A stretch of 64,000 bases of DNA from Turneriella sp. (lineage in GTDB: Bacteria > Spirochaetota > Leptospiria > Turneriellales > Turneriellaceae): contig CBDIID010000003.1 in assembly GCA_965279515.1 (NCBI GenBank), positions 4,128,001 to 4,192,000 of the forward strand. Reading direction: 5' to 3'. The position numbers and the translations under genes were made by a program. The notes beneath the pieces were generated by a model, which saw only the letters and a program-made list of their open reading frames with translations, ran no database searches and was not told the DNA's origin. This document shows positions 7,780-17,073 of this stretch, in pieces. Numbering within the stretch: position 1 is the first letter of the stretch; each line of letters starts with the position of its first letter.

Positions 7780-8510
7780 TATGATGCCAAGCCCACGAGA
7801 TCTTCCTGCGAGTTCACGCCGCGAAATTCATTCGCATGGGGATGCAGGTGCGCGGAAACTTTTTTTCCGTCGTTTAGAAGTATCTGTACAATGTCGGTGA
7901 GGTAATATTCGCCCTGTGAATTCTGCGGCTGAATTTTCTTCAGCGCCGGCCACAGGTCGCCACCTTTGAAAAAGAAAATACCCGTATTAACTTCATGGAT
8001 CATCTTCTGGTCATGTGAGGCGTCGCGTTCTTCGACAATCGCGCGGATGCCGTTTTCGGAGCGTACAATGCGGCCATACCCCGTCGGGTCATCGAGCTTC
8101 ATGGAGACCACCAGCGCTGACGGTAGAGCAGCCTTAAATTCGTTGGCGATCCCACTGAGGGTTTTTGCCTGAATGCCGGGTACATCACCCAGGCAAACAG
8201 CAATATCTTTGCCAGCGGGAACGCCCTCTTCGGCGGCGAGCAGGGCATGACCTGTACCCTTGGGTTCGCCCTGGTCGGCGAAATTGACTTTGAGCGCAGT
8301 GTTGGTGCGCGCCCAGACATTCACGGAATCGATCACGAGATCTTTCTTATAACTGACGACAACCGTGGCCGAGGTAAACCCTGCGGTTTGTACTTGGTCG
8401 AGAACATGCCAGAGCAGCGGGCGACCGCTCAATACATGCAAAACCTTCGGCAGGTCGCTCTGCATACGCTTTCCGCGACCGGCCGCCAAAATGACGGCAT
8501 GAATATCCAT
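7779..8510 (-). CDS. glmU: GlmU N-terminal-type UDP-GlcNAc pyrophosphorylase (no acetyltransferase domain)
   Basis: ILAAGRGKRM.SDLPKVLH, GTGHA, PTGYGRI, EVNTG, EYYLTD and GVNS. The protein ends before the LbH domain. Confidence 0.85.
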   Translation of the reverse strand: MDIHAVILAAGRGKRMQSDLPKVLHVLSGRPLLWHVLDQVQTAGFTSATVVVSYKKDLVIDSVNVWARTNTALKVNFADQGEPKGTGHALLAAEEGVPAGKDIAVCLGDVPGIQAKTLSGIANEFKAALPSALVVSMKLDDPTGYGRIVRSENGIRAIVEERDASHDQKMIHEVNTGIFFFKGGDLWPALKKIQPQNSQGEYYLTDIVQILLNDGKKVSAHLHPHANEFRGVNSQEDLVGLAS

Positions 8511-8563
8511 GGAAACTGTGGCTAAAACATGGGTTTCAGACACCCTGTAAAGACTTTAGCCGG

Positions 8564-8986
8564 TCAGATATCGAGTTCGCCGCGGCTATCAAAGGGAAAG
8601 AACGGATTATAGGCAATTTCAATCAAATTGCCGTCAAAATCGGCCGCATAACCCGAATAGCCGCCCCAAAACACCTTCTCGGGCGGCTTTACGCCCTTCG
8701 CGCCCAGTGCGATTGCTTCTTTATAGAGGGTGTCAACTTCTGCCTCAGAGCGGGCGTTATGCGCCAGGGAAAAGCCCCGGTAGCTGCCGCAGTCATTTTT
8801 AACTTTGGCGTCTTCTGCCAGGGCATCGAGGCCAAAGAGCCCGAGCGCGATGCCATCCAGTTTCAGAAACACCACAGCTTCCTGGCTTTGTTTCGAACGC
8901 TTCGTCTCAAAAAGTTTTTCGTAGAAGGTTGCCGACTGTTCCAGATTTTTTACTCCGAGGGTTAAGAGGTGAATGCGGGGCTGCAT
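8564..8986 (-). CDS. VOC/glyoxalase family protein
   Basis: LTLGVKNLE.S..FYE, FSLAHN.RSEAEVD and FWGGYSGY.AD.DG..IEIAYNPF. Confidence 0.9.
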   Translation of the reverse strand: MQPRIHLLTLGVKNLEQSATFYEKLFETKRSKQSQEAVVFLKLDGIALGLFGLDALAEDAKVKNDCGSYRGFSLAHNARSEAEVDTLYKEAIALGAKGVKPPEKVFWGGYSGYAADFDGNLIEIAYNPFFPFDSRGELDI

Positions 8987-9073
8987 TGCGCAAAGTAGGA
9001 TGTTTCCCCGCGGTGAAAACTGTTATCCTGCTTCATGCTCTTTACAACGCAAGTGTCTATGCAGTTACAACCC

Positions 9074-9625
9074 ATGCATTTTTCCGCCGCTTTGCCCCGG
9101 ATTTCCTTTTTCGTATTGCTCTCTGCAGCCCTCTGGGCCGGTGAAACTGCGCAAGCGAAGTTGCGCACAGAATACACCTCACTCGAAACCAAAAACTGCA
9201 AGGCCCTGAAGTCGGGGGCCGAAGACAGCTATGCCGGCCGCTGCAAGGGTGTCGCCGGCTACCAGCTGGAATTGCTCGAAGGCGACCTGCGGCAATCGCT
9301 CAATATTATTAATCCTGCGAAGAAGAAGACAGAACTGAATTTATGGCATTCGGTTTCCGGCGGTTTTTCCACCATAGGCGATAAGGCCGAATGGCGGCTG
9401 GAGAATGACGGTAAGAAGGATATCCCCCGTGCGCTGATTGTGCGCTTTAACGCTTCAGAAAATCCCGAAGATTCGACCAAGATCACTTCGTATCTGGTGG
9501 TCATCAAAATCACTGCCGGTGAAATTTGCGTGACCGACATTGTGAAGCCTAAGGCAAAACAGAACGAAGAGGCGCGCAGCCTTTCTGACACAGCTGCACA
9601 CCGGCCGTGCAAAAAGAGCGAGTAG
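9074..9625 (+). CDS. Secreted hypothetical protein
   Basis: Signal peptide and 4 Cys in the mature region. Start uncertain (9035-9074). Confidence 0.7.
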   Translation: MHFSAALPRISFFVLLSAALWAGETAQAKLRTEYTSLETKNCKALKSGAEDSYAGRCKGVAGYQLELLEGDLRQSLNIINPAKKKTELNLWHSVSGGFSTIGDKAEWRLENDGKKDIPRALIVRFNASENPEDSTKITSYLVVIKITAGEICVTDIVKPKAKQNEEARSLSDTAAHRPCKKSE

Positions 9626-9631
9626 TCCTGT

Positions 9632-10837
9632 TTACGGTTCGGCTGCGTTTCCGGACATCACAAATGGCGCGGGCTTCGAAAGCCGCGCCGCCTTCTTCGC
9701 GATAATCTCATCCGAATACTTGCGCAGGTAGTGTACGATGGTCTCGATACGGATTTTAATCCCCCCTGACGGCTTTGTCGAATCCAGATCGCCAAATTTG
9801 AAAAACAGCGTGCCCGAAGCCTCGACGGTCTTCTGCGTCGGCGTGTATGTCGGCTGGTCCATGCCGCACTCATAGCTCGAAAGCCGTATCACGCAAGTGA
9901 TATTCGGGCAGCGCGCGGCGACGTTGGCACCCCACATGATTTCGTTCGTGTTTGAGCTATAAGACGAGGTCCAGATATTCGAGATGTCGAAGGCCGATTT
10001 CATTTCACCCGCGCGTATCTCGTCGCCAAAGAGCCAATCCATGATGTCTTCGTCGACGGGAAAATATTGCAGCCAGAGAATGGAATAACCCTGCGACTGC
10101 AGCTCGACTTCGATCTCGTGGCCGATGCCCGAATCCATGTGGTAGGGGCGCGCGAGCACCATGACGACGGGTTTGTTTTCGCGGTATGCTTTTTCGAGCA
10201 CTGCACGGCTTTCAGCGCGCGCCTTCTCGTTAAAACGTTTCAGCGCATCGAAACCGCGCGCCACCGCACGCTCGGTTTCTGCATGCGTGAGGTTGAAGGT
10301 CTCTTTGAGCGCCGTAAAAAGCTGAGTCGTCACAACTTTGGGATGTTCCCCGAGGGACACAAATGGCGTCGTGTATGCAATATTATTCTCTTTAAAGATA
10401 TCTCTCTCTTTGAGAAATCCGGACTTGATGTTCTCGGGGCCAGCCATGACGCGCGGGCAAGACAAGGTTCCCTGCACATGGCCCTGCATGAACGAAGGGA
10501 GATCATGGATCATCGGCGATAAGACGATGTCGACCTTCTTGCGCTTTGAGAATACAAGCTCGCCATAATGACCGCTGATGCACTTCACCGGGTAACAGCA
10601 ATCCACAGTTCCCCGGCCTTTGCCGAATTCCCGCCCTTGCTCTTCCGAAGTCTCTGAGCTGAAGATAATGTTTTCAGACTTGATTCCCAGCTCGCGCAGA
10701 AAACCGATCCAGAACTGGTGGGTGTTCCAGACGTTGAGGACTCGTGGGATGCCTACCCTGAGCTCGGCGCGTGCACTGTTACCTTTAGGCGACGGGTTGG
10801 TGCCCGCGCCGCTGTCACGTTTGAAGAACTTAAGCAT
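9632..10837 (-). CDS. Acyl-CoA dehydratase activase-related protein (DUF2229-type reductase domain)
   Basis: VGIPRVLN, FW..F..ELG, DCCYPVK...GH, SCPRV, LARPYH.D.GIGH.I and SYECGMD. Confidence 0.85.
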   Translation of the reverse strand: MLKFFKRDSGAGTNPSPKGNSARAELRVGIPRVLNVWNTHQFWIGFLRELGIKSENIIFSSETSEEQGREFGKGRGTVDCCYPVKCISGHYGELVFSKRKKVDIVLSPMIHDLPSFMQGHVQGTLSCPRVMAGPENIKSGFLKERDIFKENNIAYTTPFVSLGEHPKVVTTQLFTALKETFNLTHAETERAVARGFDALKRFNEKARAESRAVLEKAYRENKPVVMVLARPYHMDSGIGHEIEVELQSQGYSILWLQYFPVDEDIMDWLFGDEIRAGEMKSAFDISNIWTSSYSSNTNEIMWGANVAARCPNITCVIRLSSYECGMDQPTYTPTQKTVEASGTLFFKFGDLDSTKPSGGIKIRIETIVHYLRKYSDEIIAKKAARLSKPAPFVMSGNAAEP

Positions 10838-13055
10838 ATTCAATCTCCTTGAACGCCTCTTTGCGAACCAGTTCACCGATATTGGGGTAGGCCGCCTTGG
10901 TCTTATCCATCTCGGTTTTGATGATCTTCATCTCATTCTTGTCTTCGACGAGTCCCTTGGGGCATGAATTGTTTGTAATCACACGCTCCCAACCGGCCGC
11001 CACCGGAATCTTGCTCCATTCACGGCCGGCACTGCCTTCGAGCTCGACGTCGATAAACGTGCGCTTGCAGCTGACCGGGCACCAGGTACAGATGGTATCG
11101 CTGTTGGTTGTCGTTTTATAGGTCAGCTTCTCGATCACACGAAAGCCGCGAAAGCTCGATACCTTACCGCGTTTGTATTCGTCGATGGCGCAGAGCCCTG
11201 CACCGATCGCTCCGGCTTCGCCCGAGTAGGGATGCACTACCACTTCGGCGTCCGGAACCTTCGAACGGATGAAATCCACCTGGGCTTTCACAACCGCGAG
11301 GTTGCGGTGCGTGCCGCCTTGCAGAATGAATTTTTTACCGACGGCCGCGAGATTGTTGAAACCGCCGGCATAGACCCAGCAGTTGAGCGGCATAATGCCC
11401 GCCAAACCCGCCATGATCTCTTCGGCGCTCCAGCCCTTGCGCTGCTGGTTAACGATATCGCTCTGCAAGAAAACGCCGCAGCCCATCGAGAGTTGCGGGC
11501 GCGATTCGGCCTGGAATGCGCGGTCGGCGTATTCATGGAGGGGGACTGAATAGCGTTCGGCAACACCTTGCAAAAAAGCGCCGTTGCCTGAGCTGCACTG
11601 CGAGTTCAGGCGAAAGTCTGTGACGGCGCCCAGCTTGATGAGCATGATTTTCACGTCGACGCCGCCCACGTCGCAAATGCAGTCGGCGTCGGGGAAATAT
11701 TTCAGCGCCGCTGTGGCATGGGCCACGGTTTCGACAACGGGGGCATCGGCGCCGATGATGTTGCGGAGCAGGTCTTTACCATAGCCGGTGATGCCGACGC
11801 CGAGAATTTTGGTATAACCAGCCGCCTCGACCTGCTCAAAGAGTTTTTTCGCATCTTCGATTGGGTTGCCCTTCGAGAGCGCATAGCACGAGAACAGCAC
11901 ATCGCCCCCTGCGGAAAGGCAGACAGCCTTCGCGGTCGTTGAGCCGAAGTCGCAACCGAGGATCGCCGTCAACCCCACCCCCGGCCCCTCCCCACCATGT
12001 GGAGAGGGGAGTGTGTGGTCCCCCCTCTCGATGTTAATGGGGAGGGGGCTAGGGGGTGGGGTGGGTATACTGCGCTGCGTGTCGCCGTATTCACTCTTAA
12101 AATTCGTCAGTTCGTCGATATTGGCCCACAGCCCGGTCGAACCCGACTTCTTTTTCTCGGCATGCTGGCCTTCGTCGAGCCACCATTGCAGCTTTTCACG
12201 GCCTGTGTAGAGACCGACATCTGTAGCTTCAGATTTTGCCACTTCGATGCATCCCAACGCCGCATAGTAGAGCGCTTCATCGGGAATCAGAATGAGCTCA
12301 TCAATGGATTTACCTTCGGGCAGCTTCACCTTGCGCTCTGCCCAGAGTTTGCCGAGGTGGTGTTTCCACGCCTCTTGTAGGCCTTTGAAGAACATGTTGG
12401 GCCCGCCCAAAAGCAGCACTTCGGGCATGGGCGTATTGCCTTTGGTGAGCGTCGAAAGGTTCTGGTAGACCACGGCTTCGAATAAACTCGCGATAATTTC
12501 TTCAATCGCGACACCGGCCTTCACCAGCGTGTTGGAATCCGCCTCGGCAAAGATACCGCATTTCGATGAGATCTTGTGCAGGGTATAGTTGTTATAGCCC
12601 ATCGTTGTCAGCTGGTCGACCACACCAAGCTTGCGCGCCGTCTTCTCGACGAAGGTGCCGGTGCCGCCCGAGCAGGCGCTCTGCATCAGCACCTGTTTGT
12701 TCTTGGATTCGGCATTACCGGTGAAGAAGATCGTCTTCATATCTTCGCCGCCTATCTCGCTCACGAACTGTACGTTCGGGTGGAGCTTTTCCACGGCCGC
12801 CGCCACCGCGACGACTTCCTGGATAATCTTGCCGCCGACCTGCGGTGCGATAAAGCCCGAGCCCGAGCCGGTGAAATAGACGCGGTCGCGTCCCGGTGTC
12901 AGGCCGTGTTCCGCCTCGAGTTTACCCAGAAACTCGAGCACCTTTTCGGCCTGCTTGCTGTTGTGTCGGCCATACTCGCGCGCGATGATATTACCATCGT
13001 CGTCGACCAGAGTATACTTACAGGTGGTCGAACCTGCATCGACGCCGAGTATCAT
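10830..13055 (-). CDS. Tandem BadF/BadG/BcrA/BcrD (ASKHA) CoA-activase ATPase with Fe-S motifs
   Basis: Two GxDxGSTTxK repeats, EIGGEDMK and DVGGVDVK, CSGGTG and CSSGNG, CGIFAE and CGVFLQSD, and a C-terminal CTWCPVSC. Confidence 0.92.
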   Translation of the reverse strand: MILGVDAGSTTCKYTLVDDDGNIIAREYGRHNSKQAEKVLEFLGKLEAEHGLTPGRDRVYFTGSGSGFIAPQVGGKIIQEVVAVAAAVEKLHPNVQFVSEIGGEDMKTIFFTGNAESKNKQVLMQSACSGGTGTFVEKTARKLGVVDQLTTMGYNNYTLHKISSKCGIFAEADSNTLVKAGVAIEEIIASLFEAVVYQNLSTLTKGNTPMPEVLLLGGPNMFFKGLQEAWKHHLGKLWAERKVKLPEGKSIDELILIPDEALYYAALGCIEVAKSEATDVGLYTGREKLQWWLDEGQHAEKKKSGSTGLWANIDELTNFKSEYGDTQRSIPTPPPSPLPINIERGDHTLPSPHGGEGPGVGLTAILGCDFGSTTAKAVCLSAGGDVLFSCYALSKGNPIEDAKKLFEQVEAAGYTKILGVGITGYGKDLLRNIIGADAPVVETVAHATAALKYFPDADCICDVGGVDVKIMLIKLGAVTDFRLNSQCSSGNGAFLQGVAERYSVPLHEYADRAFQAESRPQLSMGCGVFLQSDIVNQQRKGWSAEEIMAGLAGIMPLNCWVYAGGFNNLAAVGKKFILQGGTHRNLAVVKAQVDFIRSKVPDAEVVVHPYSGEAGAIGAGLCAIDEYKRGKVSSFRGFRVIEKLTYKTTTNSDTICTWCPVSCKRTFIDVELEGSAGREWSKIPVAAGWERVITNNSCPKGLVEDKNEMKIIKTEMDKTKAAYPNIGELVRKEAFKEIEYA
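11971..12063. repeat. Inverted pair of C/G-rich palindromic REP-like units in frame in the activase interdomain linker
   Basis: ccccacccccggcccctccccaccatgtggagagggg followed by cccccctctcgatgttaatggggagggggctagggggtgggg; encodes PTPPPSPLPINIERGDHTLPSPHGGEGPGVG. Confidence 0.8.
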
Positions 13056-14659
13056 CCGAGTTTACCATAGACCGAGCTCTCTTTATAAGAGCTCTTGATC
13101 CCCATTCTCTTCGCGATGTGGATGGCATAGTTCGCCGCCGTGCCTGCGACGCCATAGTGCGGAATGCGGTACGTTGCCTGGCGCAGCTCAGGGTGTTTCA
13201 CCTCGCATTCACGGATTTTTTCTTCTGTCAGGCCAAGCCCTGAAAGTACCTTGTCGTACTCCGCCTGCGAGCGTTTGCGCGCTTCGGTCAGAATCATCTG
13301 GCAGCGCGAGATGGCATGTACTTCGGCGTCGCCCTTCACTTCGATGGGAGCATAGAGCAGATCGGGATATTTACCCTGCACATTCGCCATGGCGCCGATC
13401 GACATTGTGTTCGGCATGCACGAGTAAGGAGAGAGTTCGCAGATCATGTGCGCGGTCTTTTTCTGGTATGCCATGATCGATTTGCCGACAAGCATGTCGC
13501 CTTCGCCGCCCGAAAGCCGCATATGAAAATACGGCTCGGCGAGCTTGCGGATCTCGTATTGATCGGGCACATAGTAAGGGATATATCCTATCGCCTTGCG
13601 CAGGCGGTTGTAGAGATAGTGCAGCATCTTTTGCGCCATCTTACCGAGCCAGATCTTGAAGCCGGCATACTTCGTGACTTCGCGGCGCGCTTCGAGCGTC
13701 TGTACCAAATCGGCTCGAATCAGGTAATCAATCCACACCACAATCGGCGGCGGAATGAGTTCGGCGCCTTCTTTCTCGAGCCAGCGTTTGATATTGTAGT
13801 TGCCGTCGCCTTCATGCGTCTGCAGCCAGAACTCACCGGTGATTTTTACCTTCGGCTTCATGCGCAGGCGATCGACCTCGATAGTTGCCCATTTCTTGCC
13901 AACTTCCTTCAGAGCATTCTGGAAATACGAGGTCGTCAGGTTCCAAAGCAGCGATCCCCATTTCTTACCCACGATGGGGCGGTTCTTGAAAACGCCATAG
14001 AGATAGTCGGCGCATTCTTTCAGCACCCGATCGGTTGTGCCCGGCACGACTTCATAGGGCCGCGTGATGTACTCGAGATCGGTGAGGATGTCACCCATGA
14101 GCACAGCCATGTACGCCGCGGTGGTGAATGGCATCGACATATCGATGGCGCCGCCTTCGGTTTCGCCCTGATCCATTTTGTCCTGCGCCAAGAGGAAGAT
14201 GCGGAAGTCTTTGAGACCCATGGCATCGAGCGCCATGTTGTACGATTCATGGTACTGGCCGAAACGGCAGGCACCGCAGGCTCCCGCGGTGAGGTAGGCA
14301 TACTTGTTCACGGCGGCATCTTTGCCTTCGGTTTCAACTTTTTTCTTTAAGAAGTTTGCTAAGTTGCCGGTGACAAAGGTCGTCGGGCAGCAGGCGCCGG
14401 CATCGATCATCTCTTTGCCGGTGTCGAGGTCGGCGCGCTCGACGTTGGGTAGCGCCTCGGCCTTGAGGCCCATGTTCTGGAACGCACCTTCGAGCAGGCG
14501 TTCGTGCTTCCAGGTTAGCCCGCCGAAGAGGAAGGTGACGTCTTTGCGCTGATCTTTTGTCAGGGGTCTCGCTTTATAAGCCCGGTACGGCTCGAATTTC
14601 TCCTTTTGTGAAATGGCTCCGCTCTTGAGTTCCGGCGCCTCGGCAACGGGATTTTTCAT
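13052..14659 (-). CDS. 2-hydroxyacyl-CoA dehydratase/reductase-like subunit (PlsR-like)
   Basis: ACCPTTF..G, CGACRFGQY, RPYE..PG, KVKITGEFW...H...N, GGEG and SPYSCMPN. Start at ATG 14659 behind AAGGAG. Confidence 0.8.
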   Translation of the reverse strand: MKNPVAEAPELKSGAISQKEKFEPYRAYKARPLTKDQRKDVTFLFGGLTWKHERLLEGAFQNMGLKAEALPNVERADLDTGKEMIDAGACCPTTFVTGNLANFLKKKVETEGKDAAVNKYAYLTAGACGACRFGQYHESYNMALDAMGLKDFRIFLLAQDKMDQGETEGGAIDMSMPFTTAAYMAVLMGDILTDLEYITRPYEVVPGTTDRVLKECADYLYGVFKNRPIVGKKWGSLLWNLTTSYFQNALKEVGKKWATIEVDRLRMKPKVKITGEFWLQTHEGDGNYNIKRWLEKEGAELIPPPIVVWIDYLIRADLVQTLEARREVTKYAGFKIWLGKMAQKMLHYLYNRLRKAIGYIPYYVPDQYEIRKLAEPYFHMRLSGGEGDMLVGKSIMAYQKKTAHMICELSPYSCMPNTMSIGAMANVQGKYPDLLYAPIEVKGDAEVHAISRCQMILTEARKRSQAEYDKVLSGLGLTEEKIRECEVKHPELRQATYRIPHYGVAGTAANYAIHIAKRMGIKSSYKESSVYGKLG

Positions 14660-14699
14660 GGTGCTCTCCTTGGTCGGTAAAATACCGCCATCGCAGGCG

Positions 14700-14779
14700 A
14701 TGACAGTTGAGTCTACCAAAAAGCATGCCATTACCCAGTTTGTCAATGAAAAATGGATAATAAATGACGATTCAGTCTA
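14700..14779. promoter_or_regulatory. Two copies of quasi-palindromic site ATGAC-NN-TT-N-AGTCTA upstream of the activase cluster (putative operators)
   Basis: atgacagttgagtcta at 14700-14715 and atgacgattcagtcta at 14764-14779 (13/16 identical), with minus-strand TTGACA at 14741-14746 between them. Confidence 0.45.
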
Positions 14780-15808
14780 TTTCGTTTTAAGAATGATTTT
14801 GCCGGTCGAGTTGCCTGATTCGAGCAGGCGATGGGCTTCGGCCACATTTTCCAGAGGGATTTCGGTAATGGCGGGGGCCTGCAGCTTGCCCGCCGCGAGC
14901 CATGCTGAAAGTTCAACCATCGCCTCATTGAGCAGGTCGGTGCGCGAGAACAGAAAAGAGATGTTGAAGCCGCTGACGGTCTTGTTGCTGCTCAGCATCT
15001 GCAAGGGATTAAAGCGCGGCGTTTTCCACAGTCCCCAGGCGGCTTTGAGGTAATTGATCCGTCCGCCTTTTTTCGGCAAGAGCGAATGCGAGCCGTAAAC
15101 AATCAACTTTCCCGTTGCTGCGAGGTGCTCGTAACTTTTCGCCAGCGTGGTATAGCCGTTAGCGTCCATGATAGCGTCGTAGCCATCCGGTGCCAGGGCC
15201 GCGGCGCGCGCCCAGAGATCTTCACTGCTTTTGTCTATGACCTCGTGCGCGCCGAAATTGCGGGCAAAATCCACTTTATGGCGGGCACCGACGACCCCGA
15301 CCGTGGTAAAACCCGCAATCCGGCAAAGTTGGAGTAGCGCCGAACCCACGCCGCCGGCCGCCGAATGGATCAGAATTTTTCCGCCGCGGCGGATGCGCAC
15401 GAGCTGAAAGAGCGCATGGTAGGCAGTCATGTGCACCGCGGGAAATCCCGCGGCCTGTGGCATGCTTAGCTTTTCGGGCAGCGCATATACCTGGTGGGAT
15501 GGCACGCAGACATGGGTGGCATACCCGCCAAAAAAGCTGATGCCGAAAACTTTGCTGCCGACTTCGTGTTTTGCCGCGGCGCCTTTCGCGACAACAGTTC
15601 CCGAAAATTCAAAACCCGGCGTGATTGGCCAGCCGACAAATTTTCTCGCTGACTCATATACGCCCCAGCGCACCGCGCAGTCGGCGTAGTTGACACCAAC
15701 CGCTTGGGTCTCAACGACGACTTCATTTTCCGCAGGGATAGGATCGGGAAAATTTTCCAGGCGGAGTTTCTCATAACCGCCGGGAGAGTGGATGACAATT
15801 TTCTTCAC
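14777..15808 (-). CDS. Medium-chain dehydrogenase/reductase, VAT-1/quinone oxidoreductase-like
   Basis: GVNYAD, TPGFEFSG, TAYHAL, IHSAAGGVG and AHRLLESG.STGKI. Confidence 0.9.
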   Translation of the reverse strand: MKKIVIHSPGGYEKLRLENFPDPIPAENEVVVETQAVGVNYADCAVRWGVYESARKFVGWPITPGFEFSGTVVAKGAAAKHEVGSKVFGISFFGGYATHVCVPSHQVYALPEKLSMPQAAGFPAVHMTAYHALFQLVRIRRGGKILIHSAAGGVGSALLQLCRIAGFTTVGVVGARHKVDFARNFGAHEVIDKSSEDLWARAAALAPDGYDAIMDANGYTTLAKSYEHLAATGKLIVYGSHSLLPKKGGRINYLKAAWGLWKTPRFNPLQMLSSNKTVSGFNISFLFSRTDLLNEAMVELSAWLAAGKLQAPAITEIPLENVAEAHRLLESGNSTGKIILKTK

Positions 15809-16456
15809 TTATTCGGCCGTGATTCTGCAGCCCGTCACTTTGTTCTGAGCGCAGGCATAGCCGTTGTACGAGTCATAATAGCCGCGGTCGACCAGCTCAA
15901 TCATGACGCCGTGGTGCAAATCCTTCGCGGGTTTCTCGCGCACATGGTGCAGGCGCGAACGGAAGGCGAGGACAATCGTGTCTGGCATCATGATAATTTT
16001 TTCGTGGTTGAACTTGTAATAGCTGTCGATCGCGCAGCAACCCCGGATGCCGGGTTCGACTTCTGCGATGAGGCCAATAGCGATGGCATTTTGTGTGAGT
16101 TCCGCGAACGGCATTTCGAGAATCTGTAACAAAAGCTCCGGATAGACAACCGATTTACCTTCGACCGAGTTCATTTTTGTCCACAGTGTGGCAAAGTCAG
16201 CTTTAACGGGCTTTGTCCGGTTCGTCGCAAGGTGTTTCACCAGTTCTTTCAATCGCTCCACGGCGGTATTTAAACGGGTACTGGTTTTATTTTCGTCCGC
16301 GGCACCGATTTTTGCTAACGGACGGCTCAGCATGCTGATTTCGGTGAGTATCTGCGTCAGGTCGCGGGCGCGGGAAGACTCTCCGGAGATCTGTGAAAGG
16401 GTGATTAAGTAACCTATGGCAAGAAACGTCCGTATGAACGGTTTTACGCGCGTCAC
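15809..16456 (-). CDS. Secreted hypothetical protein
   Basis: 215 aa, N-terminal signal-like segment, tightly coupled to both neighbours. Confidence 0.65.
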   Translation of the reverse strand: MTRVKPFIRTFLAIGYLITLSQISGESSRARDLTQILTEISMLSRPLAKIGAADENKTSTRLNTAVERLKELVKHLATNRTKPVKADFATLWTKMNSVEGKSVVYPELLLQILEMPFAELTQNAIAIGLIAEVEPGIRGCCAIDSYYKFNHEKIIMMPDTIVLAFRSRLHHVREKPAKDLHHGVMIELVDRGYYDSYNGYACAQNKVTGCRITAE

Positions 16457-17067
16457 TGCATCACGCCCCGGGTGTAGAAGCCATACAGGTTGACACGGAT
16501 GATCTCATCGATCACGTCGTCTAATTTTTGCGCAGAGGGTTTCCGTGTCAGTATCACACGCACCAAAACTTCTTTGACGCTGCCGATAATGCTATAGGCT
16601 GCGATCTGCGGATCACATTTGTTTAACAGCCCAATCGTCATGCCCTGTGTCAGCGCGCGCGCGATGAGGTCGGCGATTTTTTTGTAGAAAGAATTCAGGG
16701 TTTCCATTGCCTCATCGTCGATGCCAAGTGCGCGCACGAACAAAATGTCTGCGAGATCGCGGTCTTCGATCAAAAGTTCGAAAACCCGCCGCACATTGGC
16801 CTTGACCTGATCGACGGGCGAAGGCTGGCCGGCATCGAGCCGTATCGCCTCAATGTGGCTATCCACCTCTTCGAGCGTCAGGTTTAAGATGGCGTCGAAG
16901 ATGGCACGTTTGCCGTTATAATAGAGGTAAAACGTGCCGCGCGCAATATCGGCTTCTTTAATGATATCGTCGATGCTCGCGTCATGGTAGCCTTTTTCCG
17001 CGAAGACTTTCTTTGCCGCCGCGAGGATAGCACCCTCGCGTTCGCGTTTGGCTACCTTCTCTTCCAC
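16453..17067 (-). CDS. TetR/AcrR-family transcriptional regulator
   Basis: ILAAAKKVFAEKGYHDASIDDI...ARGTFYLYY.GK. Confidence 0.93.
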   Translation of the reverse strand: MEEKVAKREREGAILAAAKKVFAEKGYHDASIDDIIKEADIARGTFYLYYNGKRAIFDAILNLTLEEVDSHIEAIRLDAGQPSPVDQVKANVRRVFELLIEDRDLADILFVRALGIDDEAMETLNSFYKKIADLIARALTQGMTIGLLNKCDPQIAAYSIIGSVKEVLVRVILTRKPSAQKLDDVIDEIIRVNLYGFYTRGVMQ

Positions 17068-17073
17068 TTTAGG

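Noticed and set aside
13316..14350. 344-aa + strand ORF and similar long antisense ORFs (578-1288, 6668-7372, 23717-24484, 37472-38224, 50766-51599)
   Set aside because: All lie opposite well-supported genes and carry no recognisable motifs.
14660..14746. TTG-started N-terminal extension of the reductase-like subunit
   Set aside because: ATG 14659 has a clear AAGGAG RBS, and the upstream sequence looks regulatory.
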